This document shows positions 1 to 9,253 of a stretch of 53,356 nucleotides of DNA, piece after piece. Below the pieces are notes generated by a model that saw nothing but the letters and a program-made list of their open reading frames with translations, did no database searches and was not told the DNA's origin. The translations under genes were made by a program, and so were the position numbers. Position 1 is the first letter of the stretch. Every line of letters begins with the position of its first letter. The DNA comes from a virus (Duplodnaviria > Caudoviricetes): IMG/VR virus record IMGVR_UViG_3300044844_001309, positions 1 to 53,356 of that record; one strand, 5' to 3'.

Positions 1-127
1 TCGGTGGTCATGGTCTCTCTCGTTTCTGCCGGGTGCGCTGTCACGCCCCGACGAGAGAGACTCTACGCGTTCTCTGGTTCGTGGTCTACCGTAATTCAAA
101 CAATCGTACAACCGTAGCAACGGCGGC
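1..127. repeat. Terminal direct repeat, left copy (circular assembly overlap)
   Basis: Identical to 53230-53356; 127 nt matches a common assembler k-mer length. Confidence 0.95.
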
Positions 128-130
128 AAC

Positions 131-634
131 TTACGCGGGCGGGTCCGTCTTCGCACGCGAGGGCGTGAGCGACGCCGGCAGGTCCGGCGTGGGGTCCGGA
201 TCGTCGCGGAGGGGGACCGGGGGCGCGACCAGGCGGTGACCGTCGGGCGGGGTCTCGGCCAACGGATCGAGCGCGGTCGTGACCGTGCTGTGGCCCATGC
301 CTGGCGTCGGGCGCACGCCCACGCGGGCGAGCACGTCGCGCACCTCGCGCTGGCGTGTGGTGCGCTCGATCTGTAGCTCGCGGGCCAGCTGCTCGGCGCG
401 CTCGACACACGCGGCCTCGGCGGCTCGAGACTCGTGGGCGATCGCAGCCATGTCTGCGGCGAGCCGGCGCTGCGTATCGACGATCTGTAGCCATGCCGCA
501 CCCTGGGCCTGGCTCACGCTCGCCTCGACGCCCGCGACCTCGGCGCGAGCTCGGCGCCGGCCCGTGACCCAGCCGACCGCGCCGGTGCACGCACTGATGG
601 CTGCTGCTACGAGGTCGCTCGGGTCGAGGGGCAT
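131..634 (-). CDS. Hypothetical protein with N-terminal hydrophobic segment and coiled coil (possible lysis accessory)
   Basis: MPLDPSDLVAAAISACTGAVGWV followed by an Ala/Glu/Arg helical region. Confidence 0.5.
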   Translation of the reverse strand: MPLDPSDLVAAAISACTGAVGWVTGRRRARAEVAGVEASVSQAQGAAWLQIVDTQRRLAADMAAIAHESRAAEAACVERAEQLARELQIERTTRQREVRDVLARVGVRPTPGMGHSTVTTALDPLAETPPDGHRLVAPPVPLRDDPDPTPDLPASLTPSRAKTDPPA

Positions 635-635
635 A

Positions 636-977
636 TCATGGTCTCCCGCGGCGATCGCTCGCTGGCCACCACGTCGCGAGCGGGCGCGGAGCCGCGAGCC
701 CGGACAGGCGTGGAGGGTCCGCGGCGCCGGCCGCGGGTGCGCAGGGTGGAGCCACGTCCGGCGCCGTGGGTGCGCCACCGTCGGGCGCAGAGAGTGATGC
801 GGCCGCCCGCGCGACCGCGGCTAGTGCCTGGCGTAGCTCGGAGCACTCCGCCCGCACCCGCTCCAGCTCATCGGTCCGCGCCTGTAGCGCCCGATGGAGC
901 GCAGCCTCAGGCGCGACGGTGATCCCGGCCGCTCGGCGCTCGGCCATGACGTCGTCCACGATCTCGGGGCGGCTCAT
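636..977 (-). CDS. Hypothetical coiled-coil protein
   Basis: ATGA overlap with the upstream gene; MSRPEIVDDVMAERR. Confidence 0.5.
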   Translation of the reverse strand: MSRPEIVDDVMAERRAAGITVAPEAALHRALQARTDELERVRAECSELRQALAAVARAAASLSAPDGGAPTAPDVAPPCAPAAGAADPPRLSGLAAPRPLATWWPASDRRGRP

Positions 978-1216
978 GCGTCCACCACCGGGGGCGTGCA
1001 CACGGGCCAGAGTAGCGCGCGCTCGCGCGGTGGCCCCATGTCGATCGTGCGCCCGTCGCCAAGGTCGACCGTTGGCGGGATGATCGTCACCGCGTGGTCG
1101 CCGCGGAACATGGCGGCTAGCACCTGCTGATCGCGGTTCTCCATCACCAAGTTGTAGATGTCGGATGCGATGCGGACGCTCCAGTTGCTGTCGAGCATGG
1201 TCTTGGGGTCACCCAT
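974..1216 (-). CDS. Hypothetical protein
   Basis: Normal amino-acid composition; coupled to neighbouring ORFs. Confidence 0.55.
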   Translation of the reverse strand: MGDPKTMLDSNWSVRIASDIYNLVMENRDQQVLAAMFRGDHAVTIIPPTVDLGDGRTIDMGPPRERALLWPVCTPPVVDA

Positions 1217-1760
1217 TGCCTGACTCCTTCACCAGCCGGAACGCCCGCTGCTTCCACTCCGGCCACGTCGCGACCTCGGCCGCGTTGGCCTCCAAGAATG
1301 CGAGGAATCGCGCGCGGTCCTTTTCGCTGACCTGCGGCACCATGTCGGGCGCGAAGTCGCTCGCCACCATGAGGATAGGGCCGCGGACACCATCGCTCAT
1401 ACCCTCCACGTACGGCGCCACCGTCTGCCGTGCCATCACCGCCGGGAACGCGCGCGCCCCCTCGGCCAGCATCTCCGCGAGCGTGCACTCACGGTCGACG
1501 ATCAGCGCGCTGTTGCTGTTGCCACGCCTGTCGCCCGTGCGGTCCCACCACGCGAGGATGGTCACCGTCTCGCCCCCGCGGCGCAGCACCGACAGGCGTG
1601 CGAGGCCCTGCGTCTGCGGCTCCGGCGGCGTGTGCCTCATGTCGAGGGTCTCACCACGCAGCCCCATCGGTGCGGCGGCATCCCAGCTTCGTGAGCCCTC
1701 GCGGTAGACGTAGTGGCCAGCCGTTGGAGGCTCCAGCACGCCGAAGTACCAGCAGGTCAC
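1209..1760 (-). CDS. Hypothetical protein
   Basis: GTG start in a GTGA overlap; aromatic-rich sequence (WYFGV...LAWWDRTGDRRGNSNSALIV). Confidence 0.6.
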   Translation of the reverse strand: MTCWYFGVLEPPTAGHYVYREGSRSWDAAAPMGLRGETLDMRHTPPEPQTQGLARLSVLRRGGETVTILAWWDRTGDRRGNSNSALIVDRECTLAEMLAEGARAFPAVMARQTVAPYVEGMSDGVRGPILMVASDFAPDMVPQVSEKDRARFLAFLEANAAEVATWPEWKQRAFRLVKESGNG

Positions 1761-2269
1761 CGCACACCCCCACAAGCCGCCCACGCTCCGAGCGCCACAC
1801 CCCCGCCGCAGAGCGCGCACGCGCCCCCGTGCGAGAGCAGATCGATCCACGTGGGCCGCTCTCCAGGGCAACTGTTCGAAGACGTCGAAGGGTTGGGCTG
1901 CTCGCACACCACCGGCGCCCGCGTCGCCGTCACCACGCGCACCTCCGCCGCCGCGCCCATCGCCCGAGACCACGCCTCCAGCGCGCACGCGTGCTCGGCC
2001 TGGGCACGGGCCACCAGCGCGGCCTCGGTGGCGCTCACGCCTGCGGACGCGGTGCGGGTGCGGTACTCGCGCTGGACGCACGCGACCTGTGCGGTGCGGG
2101 CCGCGGTGAGGGTGGCGGGCTCGGCGTGAGCAGAGAAGGCAAACATCAGGACTGCGGCGCTGAGGAAGATCACGGCCAGAGTGACCGGGCTCCGCTTCAA
2201 GAGCACGTCACCGAACAGCCACCCCAGTCCGAACGCGAGTAGCCACGGGCCCAACTCCGCCGCACTCAC
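1757..2269 (-). CDS. Membrane protein, possible spanin component
   Basis: N-terminal hydrophobic segments, several Cys, hydrophobic C-terminus; follows an Rz-like gene. Confidence 0.4.
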   Translation of the reverse strand: MSAAELGPWLLAFGLGWLFGDVLLKRSPVTLAVIFLSAAVLMFAFSAHAEPATLTAARTAQVACVQREYRTRTASAGVSATEAALVARAQAEHACALEAWSRAMGAAAEVRVVTATRAPVVCEQPNPSTSSNSCPGERPTWIDLLSHGGACALCGGGVALGAWAACGGVR

Positions 2270-2553
2270 GACGCCGGCCCCTTCGGCGGTCCCGCCCACG
2301 TCGACACCTCGTCTCGCGTCACCGGCCCCGCGGGCGCACTCCCCCGCGCGCCGTCGACCGCCGCCGCGGTGTCCTCGCGCACGCGCGCTACAGCCGCGGC
2401 ACGGTCGCGCTCGGCGGCCTCGGTGTCGCGGCGCACCTGTTCGATCGCATCGAGGCGTCCGCGCTGCTCGGCGGTGATGACCTCGCGGCCGTGCCACCAG
2501 CGCGCGAGGGCGATGAGCGCAGCGACGATGGCGCCGACGATGACCGCGATCAT
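2266..2553 (-). CDS. Putative i-spanin (Rz-like)
   Basis: Single N-terminal TM segment (MIAVIVGAIVAALIALARWW) followed by a coiled coil. Confidence 0.45.
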   Translation of the reverse strand: MIAVIVGAIVAALIALARWWHGREVITAEQRGRLDAIEQVRRDTEAAERDRAAAVARVREDTAAAVDGARGSAPAGPVTRDEVSTWAGPPKGPAS

Positions 2554-2795
2554 GGGCGCACGCTCGGGATGCGTGCGAGGAGCTGGGCCTCGACATCGTC
2601 GATGACGCCGCGCAGGCTATCCGTCAGCTTGCGCACCCCAGCGGGGTCGGGCTTCATCTCGCCACGCTCGGCGCCGTCCATGACCTTCGCCAGGATCTCG
2701 GCGGACATCAGCATATCGTTCTTCACGGCTTGCAGGTCCGCTCGGCTCTCGTCGGTCTCACGCATGGTCGTCACCCGATCAACCGCGAGGTGCAT
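2550..2795 (-). CDS. Hypothetical protein
   Basis: Helical protein with normal composition; coupled to the next gene. Confidence 0.5.
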   Translation of the reverse strand: MHLAVDRVTTMRETDESRADLQAVKNDMLMSAEILAKVMDGAERGEMKPDPAGVRKLTDSLRGVIDDVEAQLLARIPSVRP

Positions 2796-2808
2796 GGTCA
2801 AGCCCACG

Positions 2809-3084
2809 CTACACCCGAGGCCGTACGTCGAGCACCTGCGCAGGCAGCGCGAAGCTCGTGCCGCTGATGCCGAGCTGGAACTGCACCCGATACTGGCCCT
2901 CCAGAGTCCACACACCCGCGGGGACGATGGCCGTGCACTCGTCGCCGTCGGGCGAGCCCGCCACCGACGTCGTCGATGCGTCGGGGCGACGCACGCGGAG
3001 CGTGATCGTGTAGCCGGTGAGGTCGGCGATGTCCGTCACCTGCTGTCGCACAACGGTGCCGATGTCGTTGACGTGTACGGTCAC
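2809..3084 (-). CDS. Small beta-rich virion protein (BppU N-terminal-like)
   Basis: NDIGT...DLTGYTITLRVRRPD...GQYRVQFQL pattern. Confidence 0.5.
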   Translation of the reverse strand: MTVHVNDIGTVVRQQVTDIADLTGYTITLRVRRPDASTTSVAGSPDGDECTAIVPAGVWTLEGQYRVQFQLGISGTSFALPAQVLDVRPRV

Positions 3085-3707
3085 AGCCGAACCTCCACGC
3101 TCGCGCTGGCGCGCGTCAGCGTCTCCGTCGTTTGCAGGGCGGCCCTGCCCAGCACCAGCCGCTCGCCGCCGCCTACGCTGACGAGCGCGGGTGTGGCCGT
3201 GGCCTCCGCCGGCAGGCCCACGGCCGAGCTGGCGCGCGCGGGTAGTTGCTCCGTCTCGCTCGCCAGCGTCAGGGTCGGGCTGCCTACCTCGGCGGCCTGG
3301 GTGGCCAGCGCGGTGAACTCGAGCACGTGCGCCTGCACCAGCGTCGCCGAGGCCAGCGCGGCCGCCGGAGCTGCGAGCGAGGACGCCGCCATGCCGATGT
3401 TCTGCGCCATCGTCGGCGACGACAGCGCGGCCGCGGGCGCCTCGAGCGCGGTCGCCGTGAGCGCGTGGACCTGCGACAGCGCCGCGGACCCGACGCTAGC
3501 CTGAGGCGCCGACAGCGACGCGGGCGCGAGGGCGTGCGCCTGCGTGAGCGCGGACGTGCCCAGCACCGCCTGAGGCGCCGACAGCGACGCGGGCGTGAGG
3601 GCGTGCGTCTGCGTGAGCGCGGACGTGCCCAGCACCGCCTGAGGTGCCGCCAGCGGCGACGCGGTCAGTGCGAGACTGGCCGCGCCTCTGAGCAGGAGCA
3701 GCAGCAC
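3081..3707 (-). CDS. Repetitive Ala/Ser/Thr-rich tail-associated protein
   Basis: 23-aa tandem repeats such as ALTPASLSAPQAVLGTSALTQAH. Confidence 0.55.
   Translation of the reverse strand: MLLLLLRGAASLALTASPLAAPQAVLGTSALTQTHALTPASLSAPQAVLGTSALTQAHALAPASLSAPQASVGSAALSQVHALTATALEAPAAALSSPTMAQNIGMAASSLAAPAAALASATLVQAHVLEFTALATQAAEVGSPTLTLASETEQLPARASSAVGLPAEATATPALVSVGGGERLVLGRAALQTTETLTRASASVEVRL
3500..3670. repeat. About 69-bp coding tandem repeats
   Basis: cctgaggcgccgacagcgacgcgggc and tgcgtgagcgcggacgtgcccagcaccgcctgagg recur at 69-nt spacing. Confidence 0.8.
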
Positions 3708-3708
3708 G

Positions 3709-5142
3709 TCAGATCACCATGCACCGGAGCATGACGGTGGAGGTGTTCAGGACCATGTAGATGAACACCACGTCGGTCGCGCCATCGCGGTACGTCACAT
3801 CAAAGGCCGTGTCGCCGAGGACCGCGGTGCCCTGCGGTAGAAGCATCGTGCCCCACCCGTCCATGATCGCGCGCGCGAAATCATAGCGGAACCATCGGCC
3901 CGTCGCGTTCTGCTGGATGTAGAGCGCATCGCCCGCGTACGCGTACTTCGTGCCGGTCGTAAGCGTCTCGGTCGCAGGTGAGTACGTGACCGCGGACCAA
4001 GAGTTGGCCGCGATGTCGTAGCGGTCCAGCAGCGCGCCGCCCGCGCCGCGAAAGCTGTAGATGTAGCGCCCGTTCTGGATGGCCGCCGCCGAGGTCCAGT
4101 CGGCCGCCGTCACGCCCCACACCCAGTGCGCAGACATGCCCGTCGTCGGTGCGCCGCTGCGAGCGACGCCGGGCGAGAGCGTCGACCACGAGTTGCCGCT
4201 GATGCTGTAGCGGTACATCGTGACTGCGTTGTTGCCCAGGAAATATAGGTAATCGTCGTTGCCCTCGATGGAGTACGTCGAGGTCGCGTCCGGCGTCACC
4301 GTCCACGTCGCGACGGTCAGCGTCGTGCTGGTGTTCGCCGTGATGCTGCGGATCTGCCCAGCCCCAGTGCCGCCCGTGATGCGGACCTGAGCGTTGATCC
4401 ACTGGCTCGCGGTCCACCCACCGCCGGAGTCCACCAACGTCGTCGCGGTTGCTGACGTCGCGGTGCCGGTGTCGTGCGCGAGATATCCGTCATCCATCCA
4501 GCTCGGCGTCGACACAAGCCGCCCGTCGGTGCCGACCGTCGCAGGGAGCCCGGTGATCGTGAGGCTCGTCCACGTGTTCGTGGCGAGATCGTATTTTCTG
4601 AACGAGCCCGTTGCCAGCGTGCCAGCGCCGAGCACGTACCAAACCGGCGTGATGAGGCGATAGACCGTGGACGCCGAGAACGCCGAGCCGCTCGCCGCGG
4701 TGAACGTGATCACCGCGTTGGTGCCGATCGTGTTGCGCTCGATGACTTTAGTCTCGCCCGCGTTCGGCCCAGAGAGGATATGAACGCTGTACCCGCGCAG
4801 CTCGCACGCCAGCGTTTGGTTGGTCGTGATCGACGTCGTCGTGCCCGCGGTCGCGGTGAGGCTTGCAGCGGCGACCGTCGTACCGGTCGAGAATCCTCCA
4901 GCGACACCGCACGCGCCTGCGCCGAACGTGCCCGCGAGGGCCGGCGACGGGACCTGCACCCACCCGTTCGTCCCCGGCTTGAACAGGTAGGCAACGGTGT
5001 TCGACGTGACGTAGAGCTGACGCTGCTCGAAATGGCGCGACGACACGACGAACGTCGCCGCGCCCGTGGCGACCGGTGCGGGCGTCATGTACTCCCAGCG
5101 CGAGGCGTCGAGGATCTGTCGGAGGCCGATGGTCGTGGTCAT
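3709..5142 (-). CDS. Tail fibre / receptor-binding protein with Kelch-like beta-propeller repeats
   Basis: Repeated YD/YSxxxNxW motifs (KYDLATNTW, RYSISGNSW, RYDIAANSW); Thr/Gly-rich. Confidence 0.6.
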   Translation of the reverse strand: MTTTIGLRQILDASRWEYMTPAPVATGAATFVVSSRHFEQRQLYVTSNTVAYLFKPGTNGWVQVPSPALAGTFGAGACGVAGGFSTGTTVAAASLTATAGTTTSITTNQTLACELRGYSVHILSGPNAGETKVIERNTIGTNAVITFTAASGSAFSASTVYRLITPVWYVLGAGTLATGSFRKYDLATNTWTSLTITGLPATVGTDGRLVSTPSWMDDGYLAHDTGTATSATATTLVDSGGGWTASQWINAQVRITGGTGAGQIRSITANTSTTLTVATWTVTPDATSTYSIEGNDDYLYFLGNNAVTMYRYSISGNSWSTLSPGVARSGAPTTGMSAHWVWGVTAADWTSAAAIQNGRYIYSFRGAGGALLDRYDIAANSWSAVTYSPATETLTTGTKYAYAGDALYIQQNATGRWFRYDFARAIMDGWGTMLLPQGTAVLGDTAFDVTYRDGATDVVFIYMVLNTSTVMLRCMVI

Positions 5143-5143
5143 G

Positions 5144-5554
5144 TTAGGTCACCGTGATCTTTCCGCGCAGGGCGTCCGCCGCGATGCGCATGAGCGCGGG
5201 CACCTGGTCGCTTGCCGCGACGCCGCCCACCTGGCTCACCGTCGTCACCGTGCCCAGCGTCAGCGAGCCCGTGATCGCGTCCAGCAACACGCGCTGCCGG
5301 CCCGCGGTGTCCGGCATGACTTGGCCGACCGTGCGCGCGAGGCTCTGCACCGTCATGCGCAGGGCCTCGATCGCCTCCATCAGCTCGCCGACGCCCTGCA
5401 CAGGGAGGCCGCTCGCGCTCGAGACCAGCGCGGCCGCGCCGTCCACGCCGTGCGCGAGCTTGACGAGCTGGAACTGCCGAAGCCCCGCGCCGTCGTCAAC
5501 TTCGTCCGTCGCGATCGATGCGCCCGTGCCGGGCAGCGTGACGTTGTCCGGCAT
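5144..5554 (-). CDS. Putative tail-associated structural protein
   Basis: MPDNVTLPGTGASIATDEV start; lies among tail-like genes. Confidence 0.55.
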   Translation of the reverse strand: MPDNVTLPGTGASIATDEVDDGAGLRQFQLVKLAHGVDGAAALVSSASGLPVQGVGELMEAIEALRMTVQSLARTVGQVMPDTAGRQRVLLDAITGSLTLGTVTTVSQVGGVAASDQVPALMRIAADALRGKITVT

Positions 5555-5556
5555 GG

Positions 5557-5928
5557 CTAGCTCACATCCGGGAAGCGCACGGTGAAGGACCCGAGCGCAA
5601 AGGTGTTGCCGGACGTCACCGCCTGCGAGGCCGTGAGCGTAGACGACGCCAGCAACCGCGAGTTGACCGAGTCCACGATCGCGTAGTGGGTGGCCGTGCC
5701 GCTCGCGGTGATGTTGCCGCCCGAGGCTGCGGCGACCGTCACCGCGCGGCCGTCCGGGGTGCCATCCGCGGGCGCGCCGACCGAGACACCGGTGACGTTG
5801 CCGAGCGCGTACGTGCTCGTCGCCTCGGCGTACGTGGCTGGCTGCTGGCTGCACAGGTAGATGCGGTCCGCCTCGGTGTCGAGGATCGCGAGCCCGCCGT
5901 CGAACACGCGGTCATTGAGATATGCCAT
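5557..5928 (-). CDS. Small virion/tail protein
   Basis: MAYLNDRVFDGGL...ASGTATHYAIVD...QAVTSGNTF; GGAG RBS upstream. Confidence 0.65.
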   Translation of the reverse strand: MAYLNDRVFDGGLAILDTEADRIYLCSQQPATYAEATSTYALGNVTGVSVGAPADGTPDGRAVTVAAASGGNITASGTATHYAIVDSVNSRLLASSTLTASQAVTSGNTFALGSFTVRFPDVS

Positions 5929-6172
5929 CGCTTGGTCCCTCCTTTGATCCTGGCGCGCGCCACGCCTGCACGCCCGCGACGATGTGCCGCGCGCCGGCCT
6001 CGCCCAGCCCACCCACGATACCGAGCACAACGACGCCCACCGCGAGGGCCAGGCCGAGGGTGTCGGTCATGCGCTCGGCGTGGATGAGATGCGCACCGAA
6101 GCCCGCGAGCGAGAGCTGGCCGATCAACATCGACAGCACACGCCAGGTGAGCGAGCGGAGGAGCGCCTTCAC
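5912..6172 (-). CDS. Putative holin
   Basis: Small protein with two hydrophobic segments, two genes downstream of the endolysin. Confidence 0.5.
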   Translation of the reverse strand: MKALLRSLTWRVLSMLIGQLSLAGFGAHLIHAERMTDTLGLALAVGVVVLGIVGGLGEAGARHIVAGVQAWRAPGSKEGPSDGISQ

Positions 6173-6357
6173 TGCGCCTTCTCCCACGCCCGATACAGGC
6201 CCCAGAAGATGCCGCCTGCCACGCCGATGCCGAGCATGGCCGACGTGATGCGCTGGCCCATCTCGCCCGGCTCGGTGATGAGCTGGTAGCCCATGACGGC
6301 GGAGCCAAAGCCCAGCATGACGCCCATGCCGATGATGATGCCCTTGGTGATGCTCAT
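6169..6357 (-). CDS. Small two-TM membrane protein (holin/antiholin candidate)
   Basis: Two Gly-rich hydrophobic helices; directly follows the amidase. Confidence 0.5.
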   Translation of the reverse strand: MSITKGIIIGMGVMLGFGSAVMGYQLITEPGEMGQRITSAMLGIGVAGGIFWGLYRAWEKAQ

Positions 6358-6902
6358 GCCTTGGTCCTCCAACTGGACGGCACGTCTGCCGTGGTGTTGC
6401 GCTCGCGCAGCGTCGCGTAGACGTCAGCCACCTCGGGCAGCGTCCCGAGGGTCATCGCTTGCGCGACGGTCTCGCGGAACAGGTCCATCGGGTACGACGG
6501 GCACAGCTTGCCTTGCGCCTTGCCCGAGTCGGTCTCGTAGTGCCCGAGCACGTGGCGCGGGGCGAGCTGGTGCACGATCGCGATGGCCGCTACCAGGTGC
6601 GCCGTGCGGTGGAGTTGGAGCCCGGTGAACTCGGGCCCGATCATGCACACGCCCAGCGTGCCGGCGTTCAGGCCGGAGACGTGCGCCCCGGCGATTGTCT
6701 CGGGGCGACCGTCCTCAATCAGCCCGTCGGCGGCGACGTCGTATAGGCCCTTTCTGGTGCGCCGGCCGTTGCTCACGACCCAGTGGTAGCCGATCGCGCC
6801 GTGCTTCCACTTGAAGCCCCGCTCCGCATGCCAGCGGTCGATCTCCGCAGCCGAGCCCCAGGGCGAGGCGGAGCAGTGGAGGATGATGAACTTGGCGCTC
6901 AT
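6354..6902 (-). CDS. Endolysin, N-acetylmuramoyl-L-alanine amidase (Amidase_2, T7 lysozyme-like)
   Basis: IILHCSAS, IDRWH..RGF, IGYHWVV, GAHVSGLN, GHYE and KLCP zinc-amidase motifs. Confidence 0.9.
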   Translation of the reverse strand: MSAKFIILHCSASPWGSAAEIDRWHAERGFKWKHGAIGYHWVVSNGRRTRKGLYDVAADGLIEDGRPETIAGAHVSGLNAGTLGVCMIGPEFTGLQLHRTAHLVAAIAIVHQLAPRHVLGHYETDSGKAQGKLCPSYPMDLFRETVAQAMTLGTLPEVADVYATLRERNTTADVPSSWRTKA

Positions 6903-7678
6903 GACGGCAGGCTCCGCACCAAGAGGCAGCCCTCGAGCAGATAGAACCGCAGCGTGACCGCGGTCTGGCCACTGGCCAGCGGGCCGGGGCTGGCGTTGAG
7001 CTCCAAGCCCTTGAGCGTGCCGGCCGTCCCGCTTGGCGTGAACGTGCGCGAGTCCGCGATCACCGGCGCGTCCGAGTCAGAGAGGTCGATCAGCACCGCG
7101 TAGGCCGTCGTCGACCCCGCCGCGCACGCCACGATCGCATCGTAGCGGCGGCCATCCGTAGGCGCAGAGCCCGTGCACGCGACCGTCGAGCCCGGCGTGC
7201 CGTTGTACCAGCGCAACACCCGCGCGTCGCCCGAGCCCTTGGTCCAGCCGTCGCCCGAGATCGTGCCGTCCGGCTCGAAGTCGCCCGCAAAATTCGCGGC
7301 CTGGAGCGCGCCGCCGCGGCCCGCGGTGGTGATGTCCAGCGCGAGGATCGCGCGCCACACGTAGCCCGCGCGCGTGGTCAGGAGCATCGACAACGACGGC
7401 AGGCCGAACCGACCCGCGGTCTCCGAGGCGCCGTCACCGCTGGTGATGAGCGTGTGCAGGTACTGTGCGGGCTCGGCGCCGGCGGGGTTGGGTGCCACCG
7501 TGGCCGTGCTGGCCGGCGTAGCCCCGCCCGCGTCCAGCGCCATCCCGCGCTCGTCGTAGGTGCCCGAGGCCGAGGGCCGAACAACGAACGGGATCTCACC
7601 CACGCGCTGCGGCCCGGCGCGCAGGATGCCCGCGATCGGCGCGGGCAGCGTCCCGAGGAAGGCCTCGGTGTACCTCAC
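6899..7678 (-). CDS. Putative minor tail protein
   Basis: Gly/Thr/Ala beta-rich sequence; coupled within the tail operon. Confidence 0.5.
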   Translation of the reverse strand: MRYTEAFLGTLPAPIAGILRAGPQRVGEIPFVVRPSASGTYDERGMALDAGGATPASTATVAPNPAGAEPAQYLHTLITSGDGASETAGRFGLPSLSMLLTTRAGYVWRAILALDITTAGRGGALQAANFAGDFEPDGTISGDGWTKGSGDARVLRWYNGTPGSTVACTGSAPTDGRRYDAIVACAAGSTTAYAVLIDLSDSDAPVIADSRTFTPSGTAGTLKGLELNASPGPLASGQTAVTLRFYLLEGCLLVRSLPS

Positions 7679-8448
7679 GCGGGCTGCCCCACGGCGATGT
7701 ACGCGACGTCGAGGCCGCTGGTGCCAACGCCGCCGTTGTTCGCCAACACAGAGACGTGCAGCACCGCGCCGGCAGGGAGGTTGGTCGTGTGCGTGGCGTC
7801 AGGATAGTCCACGCCGGTCTCAAGGTTGCGGACCTTGAACGTGGCGACCCCGTCGACCACGCGCACCGAGCACATGATCCACTGATCCTCATCGCGCGCG
7901 CCGGTGATGGTCGTGCGCGTGCGAGTGCCGGCGGTGGTGCCGCTGGTCGAGATGGCCTCGAGGTCGCCGATCGCGGTGTCGGTGTCGACGGTCGTGTAGC
8001 CCACGCCGATCACGTCGGCCAGGCCGTAGAGGTCAGCGAACGGGAACGGGCCCGCGCTCGCGAACGCCACCACGCCGCCCCACTGCCCGACGCGCGTCTG
8101 CGTGTAGCGCAGCACGGCCAAGATCTCGAAGCCGGCCTCCACCGTGACGCTCGCGTTGCCGTCCGCGCCCGTGCCGTCGAGCGCCTCGCGGATGATGCAC
8201 GCGGTCGTGCCCGTGCTATTGTTGTCGGTCATCGCGCGGTGCCGGATCGACGCCGCGAGCGATGCGCCCGTGGGCGCTACCAACGTGTCCGTCGTGGCAA
8301 ATCGGATCAACGTTGCCGGGAATCCGGTCTGCGTGAGATCGGGCCGCCACTCGGCGACACGCGGCCACCGCGCGGAGATCGCCGCGATGTCGTCCACGTC
8401 GTAGGCTGCGCCCGAACCGCCGCCGAAGCCGCGCTCGTAGATGGCCAT
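7675..8448 (-). CDS. Putative minor tail protein (beta-sandwich)
   Basis: MAIYERGFGGGSG start; beta-rich C-terminus ending LDVAYIAVGQ. Confidence 0.5.
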   Translation of the reverse strand: MAIYERGFGGGSGAAYDVDDIAAISARWPRVAEWRPDLTQTGFPATLIRFATTDTLVAPTGASLAASIRHRAMTDNNSTGTTACIIREALDGTGADGNASVTVEAGFEILAVLRYTQTRVGQWGGVVAFASAGPFPFADLYGLADVIGVGYTTVDTDTAIGDLEAISTSGTTAGTRTRTTITGARDEDQWIMCSVRVVDGVATFKVRNLETGVDYPDATHTTNLPAGAVLHVSVLANNGGVGTSGLDVAYIAVGQPA

Positions 8449-8450
8449 GG

Positions 8451-8762
8451 TCAGTTTGCCTTGAGGTAGACCTGGAAGGTCCAGGCCGAGCTCGAGCCCA
8501 CCGACGCCACCGGGCGGACGACGGAGTAGTTGCCGTTGTACGTGTACGCGTTGGTGCCGACGGCCGGGCTCTCGCTCTCGACCTCGCTCCACGCGCCCGC
8601 GTCATCCTGCACCTGGAGGGTGACCGTGCACGCGCGGTCGGTGATGACCGTCATCGTCAGGCTCTGGCTGTTGAGGGGCGCCGTGTGCGTGTCGCCCGTA
8701 ACGCTCGTCTCGGTCGTGGCAGTCTGGGAGATGCAACGGTAGCGCGAGAAAGGTCCGGCCAT
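8451..8762 (-). CDS. Putative small tail protein
   Basis: Thr/Ser/Val beta-rich sequence within the tail region. Confidence 0.5.
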   Translation of the reverse strand: MAGPFSRYRCISQTATTETSVTGDTHTAPLNSQSLTMTVITDRACTVTLQVQDDAGAWSEVESESPAVGTNAYTYNGNYSVVRPVASVGSSSAWTFQVYLKAN

Positions 8763-8823
8763 GCCCGGCATCCTCACGCGCGCGCACGCGACCCGTCCCG
8801 CCTAGGCCGGGGGCCCACAGGGC

Positions 8824-8851
8824 TTGACGCGCCACCGCATCGACGTACCGT
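8824..8851 (+). promoter_or_regulatory. Sigma70-like promoter for the lipoprotein gene (likely leaderless)
   Basis: TTGACG-16 nt-TACCGT, then ATG 6 nt later. Confidence 0.5.
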
Positions 8852-8857
8852 GGGGGG

Positions 8858-9253
8858 ATGCGGTCTCCCCTGCCCCTGCTCCTGCTCTGTGTGGCCGCCT
8901 GCGGTGAGGGGCGTGAGCCGCCCGCCGGCGGGCGCCCGTCCTACGAGGTCGTCGACGTCAGCGACCCGGACGCGCTGGCCGACTGCTACGCGCCGAAGAT
9001 GATCCTCATCCCGAACGACCCGGACCGCTTCTCGCAGTATGCGGGGCAGCCCACCGAGAACTGCGCCACCGAGTGCACCCAGATAAGCCGGTGCCGCAGC
9101 GTGTGTGCCGACACACCGGACGCATGCCCGCCGGGTGATGGGGCCGAGGGCCAGGCTGGGACCTGCGAACCGCAGCTCGCGGACTCGGTGCGGATGTTGG
9201 GCTACGTGGTGCCGCGCTGGCCGCTGAAGCGCTGCGACGAGCCGCCGGGCTAG
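8858..9253 (+). CDS. Cys-rich lipoprotein (moron; superinfection-exclusion candidate)
   Basis: Signal peptide with lipobox-like LLCVAAC; multiple Cys; opposite strand to the tail operon. Confidence 0.7.
   Translation: MRSPLPLLLLCVAACGEGREPPAGGRPSYEVVDVSDPDALADCYAPKMILIPNDPDRFSQYAGQPTENCATECTQISRCRSVCADTPDACPPGDGAEGQAGTCEPQLADSVRMLGYVVPRWPLKRCDEPPG

Noticed and set aside
1-127. Biological terminal repeat of the virion DNA
   Set aside because: The exact 127-nt length matches a common assembler k-mer and the repeat cuts through a gene start.
3081-5142. Diversity-generating retroelement acting on tail fibres
   Set aside because: No reverse transcriptase motif and no template/variable repeat pair seen; the 69-bp repeats are simple coding tandem repeats.
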